A stretch of 62,152 nt of DNA, filler included. It is 4 parts of 4 records of this genome, joined end to end, with 100 filler letters (N's around TTAATTAATTAA, not from the genome) between each part and the next. Parts side by side here need not be neighbours in the genome. Positions count along the whole stretch, not along the records: positions 27,339 to 40,031 come from SRR31156797_19623; 3 more parts are not named here. One strand, 5' to 3'. The notes under the pieces are model-generated. The model was not told the DNA's origin, searched no databases, and saw only the letters and a list, made by a program, of their open reading frames with translations. Positions 27,465-36,454 of this stretch are shown here, piece after piece (position 1 is the stretch's first letter; each line of letters opens with the position of its first letter). A program made the translations under genes and the position numbers.

Positions 27465-30245
27465 ATGATTAGGTTATTACTGGTCGATGATAATGAACAA
27501 AGCCTCTATTTAGCCCGGTATATGATGGAAAAAGCCGGATTTGAGGCGACTTGCGCCTTCAACGGGAAAGATGCACTTGAAAAAATTAATGCCAATGCCC
27601 CTGATGTAGTTGTTACCGATATCCTCATGCCGGTCATGGATGGTTACTCCTTGTGCGCTAAGCTGAAAAACGACGATCATTTAAAACATATACCATTAAT
27701 CTTCGTTACTTCCATCTTTGTTGAATCTCAGGATAAAGAATTCGGCATGAGGCTTGGGGCGGAAGGTTTTATTTTCAAAACCCAGGAACCGGAATATTAT
27801 CTCGAAGAACTAAAACACCTGATCCAAAAATGCACTGATCCCGGACATACAGTCTCCGCGCCTGAAAGTTTGGATGAATTTCATCAAAAAGAATATATAG
27901 ATGCTCTGGACAGAATACTTCAAAAAAAGATATTTGAACTGGAAGAAGCCAACCAGCGCCTTGTTGAAATAGAAAAAAAATTCAAAGCTATTTTCAATCA
28001 CCGCTTTCAATTGACAGGATTGCTTGATGTAGACGGCAGATTACTAATGGCAAATGAGACCGCCTGCAGTATGGTCGGTGTTGATAGCTGTGAACTGGAA
28101 GGAAAATTTCTTTGGCAATTACCCCACTGGTCCCATTCCACTGAACTTAGGCTTGAGATTCAAAATGCCGTCCAGGAAGTTAAAAAAGGGACTCCAATCA
28201 GTTTTAATACATCTCATATGGATGTAGAAGGAGACCTAAGACATATAGAATTCTCACTAACGCCGGTTCATAACGACGATGGAGAGTTGGTGTTTATTGT
28301 ACCGGAAGGGAAAGATATTACCGAGAAGAAGCAGTCTGAAGAAAAACTAATTGCAAGCGAAAGAAATTACAGGGAAATATACAATTCCAGCAGTGATGCG
28401 ATTTTTATTCATGACGCCCAAACAGGAAAAATCATAGATGTTAACCGGACCATGTTGGAAATGTTCGGCTATACGTATCAAGAGGCATTACGACTTGATA
28501 TAGGAGATATCAGTTCAGGGAAACTGCCTTTTACACAGGAAGAAGCATATAAAAGAGTAAGACAAGCAGTCCAAGAGGGGCCGCAGCTGTTTGAATGGCA
28601 TTGCAGGCATAAAAACGGCGACTGCTTCTGGGTTGAAGCTGCCTTGAGGAATACTACAGTCGGAGGTAAAGGCCGCGTTCTGGCTGTTGTGCGGAACATC
28701 GAACAAAGAAAGCAACTGGACAGCGAATTACGATTGGTAAAGCATTCCATCGAAGACAGCGCCTATCCGTTTCTATGGATACAAAAGGACTCAAGTTTTT
28801 TTTATGTCAACGAAGCGTCGTGCCGTTCCTTAGGGTATACACATGAAGAATTATGCTCCATGCGTGTAAGCGACATTGATCCTGATTTTCCTGATGAAAT
28901 ATGGCCTGAATTTTGGAAAAAGCTCAAAACCAATAAAAGTTTGGTGTTTGAAAGCCGTCACCAAAATAAAAACGGTGATATTTTCCCTGTGGAAATCACG
29001 GCAAACCACCTGGAATTTGAAGGACAGGAACATGTTTTTGCATATGTAAAGGACATCAGCGCCAAGATCCAATACGAAATCAAGCAGAAAAACCTTGAAA
29101 AGCAATTGCAGCAAGCGCAGAAAATGGAAGCTATCGGCACGCTTGCAGGCGGCATAGCCCATGACTTCAATAATATCCTTTCCGCTATCATTGGTTATAC
29201 CCAGCTATCCCAGATGCATTTGGATAATCCGCGGAACATCTCAGAATATCTGGATGCTATTTTGAAAGCGGGCAACCGGGCCGGAGACCTGGTCCAACAG
29301 ATTCTTACATTCAGCAGGCAGACGGAACAGGAGCTAAAACCAATATCAGTGAAACTGATCGTCAAAGAGGCTCTTAAACTTCTTCGGGCAACACTCCCTT
29401 CAACCATAGAAATCAGACAGAATTTGGAAAGTGAATCACTGGTGATGGGCGACCCCACGCAGATTCATCAGGTAGTTATGAACCTGTGCACTAATGCCGG
29501 TTACGCCATGCAGGACGCCGGAGGGATGCTGGAAGTGACCTTATCAGACGTGGAATTTGACGCCTCATCCATTATTCAATATCCGGATGTACAGCCCGGA
29601 AGGCAAATCAGTCTTACAATAAGCGACACCGGCCATGGAATACCGGCTGATCTGTTGGATCGGATTTTCGACCCTTTTTTTACTACAAAAGAAAAAGGTG
29701 AAGGCACAGGTATGGGATTGGCGGTCGTGCATGGCATTGTCAATACTTACGGGGGAATGATTTATGCTTATAGTGAACAGGGACATGGTTCCACATTTCG
29801 CGTCTTTTTACCAATAATTGATAGAATTCATGAACTTGAATCAGCGCCTGCAGAGAATTTGCCCAAGGGGGTTGAAAGGATTCTTTGTATAGATGATGAA
29901 CCGGACATTGTTGAAATTGGGAAACAAACGCTTGAAAGCTTAGGATACACCGTAATTTCCCAAACAAGCAGCACGGAAGCGTTGGATTTATTTCGGACCC
30001 AACCAGACCATTTCGACCTGGTAATCACGGATTTGACAATGCCCAAGCTCGCCGGAGAAAAGCTGGCCGTTGAATTGTTGGCCATTCGAAAGGACATCCC
30101 TATCATATTGTGCACCGGATTCAGCCGTCGAATAACAGAGGAAAAAGCTAAAGAATTAGGCATTAAAGGTCTATTGATGAAACCGGTTATTTTGTCTGAA
30201 TTGGCTAAGGTTGTCCGCAAAGTTCTTGATGATAACATCACATAA
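27465..30245 (+). CDS. Hybrid sensor kinase REC-PAS-PAS-PAS-HisKA-HATPase-REC
   Basis: LLVDD..DILMPVMDG; three PAS/PAC repeats; QAQKMEAIGTLAGGIAHDFNN; NLCTNA, FDPFFTTK, GTGMGL; C-terminal DLTMP receiver; no TM segments. Confidence 0.92.
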   Translation: MIRLLLVDDNEQSLYLARYMMEKAGFEATCAFNGKDALEKINANAPDVVVTDILMPVMDGYSLCAKLKNDDHLKHIPLIFVTSIFVESQDKEFGMRLGAEGFIFKTQEPEYYLEELKHLIQKCTDPGHTVSAPESLDEFHQKEYIDALDRILQKKIFELEEANQRLVEIEKKFKAIFNHRFQLTGLLDVDGRLLMANETACSMVGVDSCELEGKFLWQLPHWSHSTELRLEIQNAVQEVKKGTPISFNTSHMDVEGDLRHIEFSLTPVHNDDGELVFIVPEGKDITEKKQSEEKLIASERNYREIYNSSSDAIFIHDAQTGKIIDVNRTMLEMFGYTYQEALRLDIGDISSGKLPFTQEEAYKRVRQAVQEGPQLFEWHCRHKNGDCFWVEAALRNTTVGGKGRVLAVVRNIEQRKQLDSELRLVKHSIEDSAYPFLWIQKDSSFFYVNEASCRSLGYTHEELCSMRVSDIDPDFPDEIWPEFWKKLKTNKSLVFESRHQNKNGDIFPVEITANHLEFEGQEHVFAYVKDISAKIQYEIKQKNLEKQLQQAQKMEAIGTLAGGIAHDFNNILSAIIGYTQLSQMHLDNPRNISEYLDAILKAGNRAGDLVQQILTFSRQTEQELKPISVKLIVKEALKLLRATLPSTIEIRQNLESESLVMGDPTQIHQVVMNLCTNAGYAMQDAGGMLEVTLSDVEFDASSIIQYPDVQPGRQISLTISDTGHGIPADLLDRIFDPFFTTKEKGEGTGMGLAVVHGIVNTYGGMIYAYSEQGHGSTFRVFLPIIDRIHELESAPAENLPKGVERILCIDDEPDIVEIGKQTLESLGYTVISQTSSTEALDLFRTQPDHFDLVITDLTMPKLAGEKLAVELLAIRKDIPIILCTGFSRRITEEKAKELGIKGLLMKPVILSELAKVVRKVLDDNIT

Positions 30246-30314
30246 TCAAGACAATGCTTTTTACATCTGGCGCGGAGATTGGGCCATAAGATTGCTTTTG
30301 GCTGGGTTGGAGTT

Positions 30315-30341
30315 AACCCCGCCTCTGGCTACAGCGGGGTT
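30315..30341. terminator. Stem-loop between convergent genes
   Basis: AACCCCGC/GCGGGGTT. Confidence 0.4.
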
Positions 30342-30347
30342 CAGTAA

Positions 30348-30956
30348 TTACTTTTCAGGCGGGCGGATGCCGACAAACAAGCTTGAAGCTTCCGATACTT
30401 TCCACTTTCCCGAACCGTCCTTTTTCAAGGTTATCGGACGGGGTGAATCGGCCCCCGAACAAGGGATGAATAACTTCACCCGGCCGTCGCCCGCTTTTCC
30501 CCTGGGGTCGTCAAGGCAGACCACCGTCCAGGGAGGCGACGGCAGTTTATATCCGTTTCCTGGATTTGTCCCGCCAACATAGCTGCCGGCCAGGTAAGGC
30601 TTGGATTTAAGCCTTTGGATATGACTTAAAAAGCTGCGCCCCGGTTTTTTCCCATTATATACATTTCCATTCTGCAACTGGTTGTCCGTGAGCAAGGCTG
30701 TAAAAAGCTTCAGCCCCAAGGTCTGATCGCTGTTGTGAGTTATCATGGCCAAAACAAAAAGAGCGGCGATGTCCTTGGGGGTATTCCTTTGTTCCATCAT
30801 TGAGTTGAATTCATCAATCGAGGATGCCGGCGCAATTATTATTTCATCCGGGCCTGCTTCCGCTGCGCCGGCCCAAACCGGCGCCAACGATAGAAACAAG
30901 GCGCCGATCATCAGGCAAAATAGTCTCTTAATCACTTCCATTCTCCACATAATCAA
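30348..30956 (-). CDS. Secreted protein of unknown function (DUF6935-like)
   Basis: Signal-peptide-like LFCLMIGALFLSLAPVWAG; PY...SY..G..P.NGY, SGADSPRP, W.....SSL..GIR.P motifs (from recall); start uncertain. Confidence 0.6.
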   Translation of the reverse strand: MIMWRMEVIKRLFCLMIGALFLSLAPVWAGAAEAGPDEIIIAPASSIDEFNSMMEQRNTPKDIAALFVLAMITHNSDQTLGLKLFTALLTDNQLQNGNVYNGKKPGRSFLSHIQRLKSKPYLAGSYVGGTNPGNGYKLPSPPWTVVCLDDPRGKAGDGRVKLFIPCSGADSPRPITLKKDGSGKWKVSEASSLFVGIRPPEK

Positions 30957-31144
30957 AAATTTGGATCGGCTTGGAAGCCTTTATCGGTTGACGCCGATCA
31001 GGCTTTCAAACCTCCCGCTGTATTATTATCACATACTTATGTGATGAAAATCCTTTTTTAAAATGCGGCGGTATTTCTCAATGAACTGAGACCAAAGACG
31101 CCGCAAGTAGTTCACCGCCAAAGTAGAAAACAGGAGTTACCGGG

Positions 31145-31357
31145 CTATACCTTGCCTTTACGGAGCAGTTCCCTGGCGATGATTATTTTCCGAACCTCCG
31201 TGGTCCCGGCGCCGATTTCGAAAAGTTTGGCGTCGCGCCAGATCTTCTGCACCGGAAATTCGAGGCAATACCCGTCGCCATGTGTCTGCACGGCTTCACC
31301 CGCGATCGGCGGCCGATTCAGCGGCAAACATCACTGCCGCGGCCATAATCAATTCTT
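31145..31357 (-). pseudogene. C-terminal remnant of an acyl-CoA (isovaleryl-CoA-like) dehydrogenase with a frameshift
   Basis: IAGEAVQTHGDGYCLEFPVQKIWRDAKLFEIGAGTTEVRKIIIAREL, preceded in another frame by MAAAVMFAAESA; most of the gene is missing. Confidence 0.75.
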
Positions 31358-31384
31358 CTCAGGCCTTCACATGCGTTACGATTC

Positions 31385-32158
31385 CTAATGACCGCTGAAG
31401 TTTGGTTTACGTTTCTCCAGGAAGGCCGTGACGCCTTCCTTTGCGTCTTCAGTGGCCGCGGCTTCGATCAGCTTCCCGCTCAGAAAAGGCAGGGCTTCAT
31501 CCAAGGGCATTTCGGCCATTTTGAAAAAAGCTTCCAAGCCCATTCGCATGCCTGTGGGGCTGGCGTTTGCCAGATGATTCAGCGTATCTTCCACCCGGGT
31601 TTCAAACTGATCAGCGGGCACGGCAAACGTGATCATACCCATGGCTTCAGCCTCGGCCGGGGGCACTTTGCGTCCGGTCAACGACATTTCCAGGGCCTTT
31701 TTCAGCAACACGTTGCGGTTCAAAAGCGCCCCGACCATAAAGGGGAAGAGGCCCACATTCACTTCTGGAAGTTGGAAGAAGACGTCGTCACGCGCTATGA
31801 CAATATGGCAGGCCATCATCAGGCCCGTTCCGCCGGCCAGGCATGGCCCGGCCACCCTCGCCACTACCGGCTTGCCAAAACCCGCCAGCCGTCCGAGGAG
31901 TGATGCATATTGACGCGGCAGGCTATCGGCGCCGTCTTTGTTCATCATGTCGCCGCCAAGATCCGCCCCGGCGCAGAAAGCCTTTTCGCCGGCGCCGGTC
32001 ACGCATACGGCCCGCACTTCTGGATCCGCGTCAATTCTATCAAGAAAGCCGTGGAACTTTTTCAGCATTTCCGGGCTGATGGCGTTGCGCTTCTCGAGAC
32101 GGTTCAGGGTCAGGTAAGCGACCCGGTCTTTAACTTCATACAGCAGATCGTTACTCAT
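31385..32158 (-). CDS. Enoyl-CoA hydratase/isomerase (methylglutaconyl-CoA hydratase-like)
   Basis: LTLNR..KRNAI, AFCAGADL, CLAGGTGL, LPEV.VGLFP, EGVTAFLEKRKP; ATG 32158. Confidence 0.9.
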   Translation of the reverse strand: MSNDLLYEVKDRVAYLTLNRLEKRNAISPEMLKKFHGFLDRIDADPEVRAVCVTGAGEKAFCAGADLGGDMMNKDGADSLPRQYASLLGRLAGFGKPVVARVAGPCLAGGTGLMMACHIVIARDDVFFQLPEVNVGLFPFMVGALLNRNVLLKKALEMSLTGRKVPPAEAEAMGMITFAVPADQFETRVEDTLNHLANASPTGMRMGLEAFFKMAEMPLDEALPFLSGKLIEAAATEDAKEGVTAFLEKRKPNFSGH

Positions 32159-32672
32159 GAGCGTCCCCCGTTCCTTCAGCCGGTTCGATCTCAACCAGGA
32201 TTTCGCCGGGCATGACCTTGGCGTCCACCTCCGTATTGACCGCGGTGACCATACCGGCGTATGGAGCGGTAAGCGTAGTCTCCATCTTCATGGCGCTGAC
32301 CACCACCAGTCCCTGCCCCTTTTCGACCACATCGCCCACGGCCGTCCCGACCCGCAGCACAACCGCCGGCATGGGCGGAGTGACTTCATTCGGGCCGTTG
32401 TCGGAACCGCCCCGGCGCTTCTTTGACGCTGCCTTGTCCAAGTCCTCGATGTCATAGACACGGCCGCCTACAAAGACCTGGGCGCCGCCTTCTACAGCCG
32501 CCACATGGGCGGTTACGGACCGGCCGTCCACTACCAGGCGCAGGGCGCCGTTCGGCAGGCGGCCAAAGCGCACGTCCTTACGCTCATCATTGATGACGAA
32601 TGTACCCGCGCCATCAGCGGATTCAACATCCACAATCCCGTTCTCTCCGGATATATCCAGTCTGTATTGCAT
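32151..32672 (-). CDS. Biotin carboxyl carrier subunit (BT-like + BCCP)
   Basis: PPMPAVV and biotinylation motif SAMKME. Confidence 0.9.
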   Translation of the reverse strand: MQYRLDISGENGIVDVESADGAGTFVINDERKDVRFGRLPNGALRLVVDGRSVTAHVAAVEGGAQVFVGGRVYDIEDLDKAASKKRRGGSDNGPNEVTPPMPAVVLRVGTAVGDVVEKGQGLVVVSAMKMETTLTAPYAGMVTAVNTEVDAKVMPGEILVEIEPAEGTGDAHE

Positions 32673-32685
32673 TGCTTTTACTCCT

Positions 32686-34173
32686 TTAAAGCTTCCAGGC
32701 GCCCAGGCTCTGCCAGGGGGTGGGCTGCCCCGCCGCTCTGTCCGGACCGGCCGCCGCAGCCGGAGCCGTTATCTCGCCGGCGATGTACGCTATGCGCGCA
32801 AGATCAGCGCAATCAAGAGCCGGCTTCCAGTCCACGAAATGACGCTCGATAAAATCGGTATATGTCTCGCCCTCCTCAAAAGGCCGGGACTTCAAAACGT
32901 CTATCAGAAACGGTATGGAAGTTTTCACTCCAAGAATCGCATAGCTTTCCAACGCCCGAATCATCCGGGCCAGGGCTTCCCCTCGGTCGGCGCCGTATGT
33001 CACCAGCTTGGCGAGAATAGGATCGTAGTCCATGGGCACTTCGAAACCCTCGTACACGCCGCAGTCATTGCGCACGCCCGGGCCCGACGGCTCTCGGTGA
33101 ACCAGTAACAGGCCCGGCGAAGGGAAGAAACCGGCCTCGGGATCTTCCGCGTAAACGCGGCATTCAATCGCGTGCCCCCTTTGACTAAGATCGTCTTGAC
33201 TAAACGGGAGTTCGGCGCCGGCGGCAATCTCAAGTTGCAGGCGCACCAGGTCCAGTCCCGTGGTCATCTCGGTGATGGGGTGCTCGACCTGGAGGCGGGT
33301 GTTTACTTCAAGAAAGTAGAAATTTTCCCCTGCATTATCCAGCAGAAATTCCACGGTTCCGGCGCCCACATAACCCGATGCCTTGGCCGCGGCAACCGCT
33401 GCCGCACCCATGGTCTCACGCAGTTCGGGCGTCAAAACCGGACTGGGAGTTTCCTCGATAATCTTCTGGTGACGCCTCTGAATGGAGCATTCGCGTTCGA
33501 ACAGATGCACAACGTTACCGAACCTGTCGGCCAGTATCTGAATTTCCACGTGGCGTGGGCTGACGAGCAGCTTTTCCAGGTACACCGAACCGTTTCCAAA
33601 GGCTTTCTCCGCCTCGCTCACAGCAGCTTCGGCAGCCTCGGCCATCTCCTCGGGCGTGTTAACGGTGCGCATGCCTTTGCCGCCGCCTCCGGCCACGGCC
33701 TTGAGCAGAACCGGGTATCCCATTCTTTCAGCTTCAGCAGCTAACACAGCAGCATCGGTGGTCGGTTCAAGCATGCCCGGAATCAGAGGCACATTCGCCT
33801 TTTCCATAATCCGGCGGGCAGTGGTTTTGGAACCAAGCTGGTCGATCACTTCGGCCGAAGGTCCGATGAAGATTATACCTGCATCCGTGCAGGACTTTGA
33901 AAAAGAAGCGTTTTCCGCCAGAAAACCGTATCCCGGGTGTATGGCCTCGGCGCCGGCGTCCTTGGCCGCCTGGATAATCTTGTCTATATTGAGATAACTC
34001 AAGGCCGGTTCGGCCGGGCCCAGGGACACGGCTTCGTCGGCTTCAAGTACGTGCAGGGCCATTTCATCCACTTCTGAAAAAACGGCCGTAGAGGCCACGC
34101 CCATCTCCCGGCAAGTGCGCATGATGCGCACGGCAATCTCTCCCCTGTTGGCAATCAATACTTTGTCAAACAT
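32686..34173 (-). CDS. Biotin carboxylase subunit
   Basis: MFDKVLIANRGEIA, HPGYGFLAEN, GGGGKGMR, ERECSIQRRHQK, EVNTRLQVEHP; ATG 34173 after GGGGG. Confidence 0.93.
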   Translation of the reverse strand: MFDKVLIANRGEIAVRIMRTCREMGVASTAVFSEVDEMALHVLEADEAVSLGPAEPALSYLNIDKIIQAAKDAGAEAIHPGYGFLAENASFSKSCTDAGIIFIGPSAEVIDQLGSKTTARRIMEKANVPLIPGMLEPTTDAAVLAAEAERMGYPVLLKAVAGGGGKGMRTVNTPEEMAEAAEAAVSEAEKAFGNGSVYLEKLLVSPRHVEIQILADRFGNVVHLFERECSIQRRHQKIIEETPSPVLTPELRETMGAAAVAAAKASGYVGAGTVEFLLDNAGENFYFLEVNTRLQVEHPITEMTTGLDLVRLQLEIAAGAELPFSQDDLSQRGHAIECRVYAEDPEAGFFPSPGLLLVHREPSGPGVRNDCGVYEGFEVPMDYDPILAKLVTYGADRGEALARMIRALESYAILGVKTSIPFLIDVLKSRPFEEGETYTDFIERHFVDWKPALDCADLARIAYIAGEITAPAAAAGPDRAAGQPTPWQSLGAWKL

Positions 34174-34183
34174 TATCAGCCCC

Positions 34184-35800
34184 CTACATCCTGAAAGTGC
34201 CGAAGCCCTGACGGTCGTCACGCAAGGGCGCATTAAGAGCCGCGGATATGGCCAGTCCCAAAGTGTCGCGGGTCTTGGCCGGGTCCACCATGCCGTCGTC
34301 CCAGAGCATGGCGCCGGAGTAGTATGCATCGCCCTCGGCCAGGGCGGCCGCGATTACCGGCTCCTTGATGGCCGCCTCTTCTTCTTCCGTCATTGCAGGT
34401 TTTCCCGCCCGGGTAAGCTGATCGTTTTTAACCGTGGTCAGAACGCCGGCCGCCTGTTCGCCGCCCATGACGCCAATCTGAGCGTTGGGCCACATCCAGA
34501 GGAAGCGGGGCGAATACGCCCTGCCGCACATGCCGTAATTGCCGGCGCCGAAAGAGGCGCCCACAATAACGGTGAACTTGGGCACGGAAGCGCAGGCCAC
34601 GGCGGCCACCATTTTGTGGCCGTCCTTGGTGATGCCCCCCCGTTCATACTCTCGGCCGATGATATATCCATTAATGTTCTGCAGGAAAACCAGGGGGATG
34701 CCGCGGCGGTCGCACAGTTGAATGAACTGGGTGGCTTTCAGGGCGCTCTCGGAGAACAAAACGCCGTTGTTGCCCAGGATGCCTACCGGATAGCCATGTA
34801 TGTACGCCCAGCCGCAAACGAGGGTCGGGCCGAACTGCTCCTTGAATTCAAGAAATTCGCTGCCGTCAACCATACGGGCAATCACTTCCCGCACATCGTA
34901 GGGGGTGGATATCTTGGGAGGGACAATACCGTAGATTTCCCTGGCATCGTACACGGGCGGTTTGGGCGCCCGTTGTCCGATATCGGTTTTGTTGGCCGGC
35001 GGAAGGTTTCCCACGATATCGCGGATGATCTCAATGGCGTGTTCGTCATCCTCGGCAAAGTAATCGCTGACTCCGGACTCCCGGCAGTGCAGATCGGCCC
35101 CGCCCAGGTCTTCTGCCGAAACAACCTCTCCGGTGGCCGCCTGGACCAGCGGGGGGCCTCCCAGGAAAATGGCGCCGGTGCCCTTGACATGAACCACGTC
35201 ATCGCTCATGGCCGGCACGTACGCCCCGCCCGCGGTGCAAAGGCCGAAGACTCCGGTGATCTGGTGGACGTTCATCTTGGACATGATCGCCTGGTTATAG
35301 AACGTGCGCCCCCCGTCGTCGATATCGGGAAAGATTTCCGACTGCAAGGGCAGAAAGGCGCCGCCGGAATCCACAAGGTTGATCATGGGCAAACGGTTTT
35401 CCATGGCGATCGCCTGCGCCCTGAGTGATTTCTTGACGCCCAGGGGAAAAACCGTGCCGCCCTTGATCATAAAATCGTTTCCGCTGATCAAGACTTCCCT
35501 GCCGTTAACAATGCCGATCCCCACAACCATTCCGGCGCCATGAACTTTTTTATCGTACTGATCCCGCGCGGCCAGAGGAGCAATTTCCAGAAAAGGCGTA
35601 TTCCGATCCAACAGCAGCTCCAGGCGCTTGCGTATCGGGATCTTGTTCAGTTCCCCGGCCCGCTGCAGCGAACGCTCGGAACGATCGTTCGCTGCCTTGT
35701 CCAACTCGTTTCGCAGGCGCTCCACCAGCTTTTCCATGTGCTCGTAGTTGGCCTTGTATTCATCGCTTGATGTACTAATCCGACTGTCAATTACCTGCAT
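34184..35800 (-). CDS. liuB: Acyl-CoA carboxylase carboxyltransferase (methylcrotonyl-CoA carboxylase beta-like)
   Basis: KGGT.FP, LVDSGGAFLP, CTAGGAYVPAMSD, GNNGVLFSE, GAGNYGMCGR, VMGGEQAA, FGTFRM. Confidence 0.8.
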   Translation of the reverse strand: MQVIDSRISTSSDEYKANYEHMEKLVERLRNELDKAANDRSERSLQRAGELNKIPIRKRLELLLDRNTPFLEIAPLAARDQYDKKVHGAGMVVGIGIVNGREVLISGNDFMIKGGTVFPLGVKKSLRAQAIAMENRLPMINLVDSGGAFLPLQSEIFPDIDDGGRTFYNQAIMSKMNVHQITGVFGLCTAGGAYVPAMSDDVVHVKGTGAIFLGGPPLVQAATGEVVSAEDLGGADLHCRESGVSDYFAEDDEHAIEIIRDIVGNLPPANKTDIGQRAPKPPVYDAREIYGIVPPKISTPYDVREVIARMVDGSEFLEFKEQFGPTLVCGWAYIHGYPVGILGNNGVLFSESALKATQFIQLCDRRGIPLVFLQNINGYIIGREYERGGITKDGHKMVAAVACASVPKFTVIVGASFGAGNYGMCGRAYSPRFLWMWPNAQIGVMGGEQAAGVLTTVKNDQLTRAGKPAMTEEEEAAIKEPVIAAALAEGDAYYSGAMLWDDGMVDPAKTRDTLGLAISAALNAPLRDDRQGFGTFRM

Positions 35801-35851
35801 ATCTTCCCTCGTCCTTAATCAGGTTTTTTGTTTACGCTTTCGGGCGACCTT

Positions 35852-36247
35852 TCATTTCTCACTTTCCAACTCGGACAAACGGCTCAGCATCCTTCCCTTG
35901 ATTTCGCTCATTTCACCGTGCATAGTCCTGAGTTCTTCCATACGCTGCATCAGGTCGCCGAGCATTCGCTCGGCATAGGTCAAAGCCTTTTTAATCTGTT
36001 CGGCCTCATCCATGTTCACCGCTGCCAGACCGATAACTTCAAGGATTTCATCCAGGGTCATGCCGAAACGCCGCCCTCTAAGAATCAGTTTTACCCTTAC
36101 CCTGTCCCGCTTGTCGTACACCCGGTACCCGTTCGGGCTTCGCTTCGGCTTAAGCAATCCTTTTTCTTCATAGAAGCGGATGCTTCTGGCGCTGACGCCC
36201 AACTCTTCGGCCAAACGGCCGACAGTCCACGTTCGGTCCTCTTGCAT
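35852..36247 (-). CDS. liuR: MerR-family regulator, LiuR-like
   Basis: WTVGRLAEELGVSARSIRFYEEKGLL.P.R, LILRGRRFGMTLDEI; ATG 36247 after GAGGAG; heads the carboxylase operon. Confidence 0.75.
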   Translation of the reverse strand: MQEDRTWTVGRLAEELGVSARSIRFYEEKGLLKPKRSPNGYRVYDKRDRVRVKLILRGRRFGMTLDEILEVIGLAAVNMDEAEQIKKALTYAERMLGDLMQRMEELRTMHGEMSEIKGRMLSRLSELESEK

Positions 36248-36261
36248 GCTCCTCACCCACA

Positions 36262-36313
36262 ACCTTAACATTTGCGTAAACGTTAAGGTAGCAAACAGCC
36301 CCGGCCTTGTCAA
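36262..36313 (-). promoter_or_regulatory. Sigma70 promoter TTGACA-17-TACCTT with a 28-bp palindromic operator over the -10
   Basis: On the - strand, -35 at 36313-36308 and -10 at 36290-36285; palindrome ACCTTAACATTTGCGTAAACGTTAAGGT at 36262-36289. Confidence 0.7.
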
Positions 36314-36454
36314 AAGCTTTCCGCCAAACCGGCTTGGTTTTTCATAAATGGTTGGAACAGGCTGGTATCGGGCCGGATAGAAATCAGCGCCGCCGGCAGA
36401 GCCGCCGTATGTATAAGGCTTTAAAAGGGGCCGAAAATATCTCCCCAAAAAACA

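Noticed and set aside
31284..31346. Selenocysteine read-through at the TGA in the dehydrogenase remnant
   Set aside because: Homology continues in a different frame, so a frameshift explains it.
34115..35428. 437-aa + strand ORF
   Set aside because: Antisense shadow of the GC-rich carboxyltransferase gene; no recognisable motifs.
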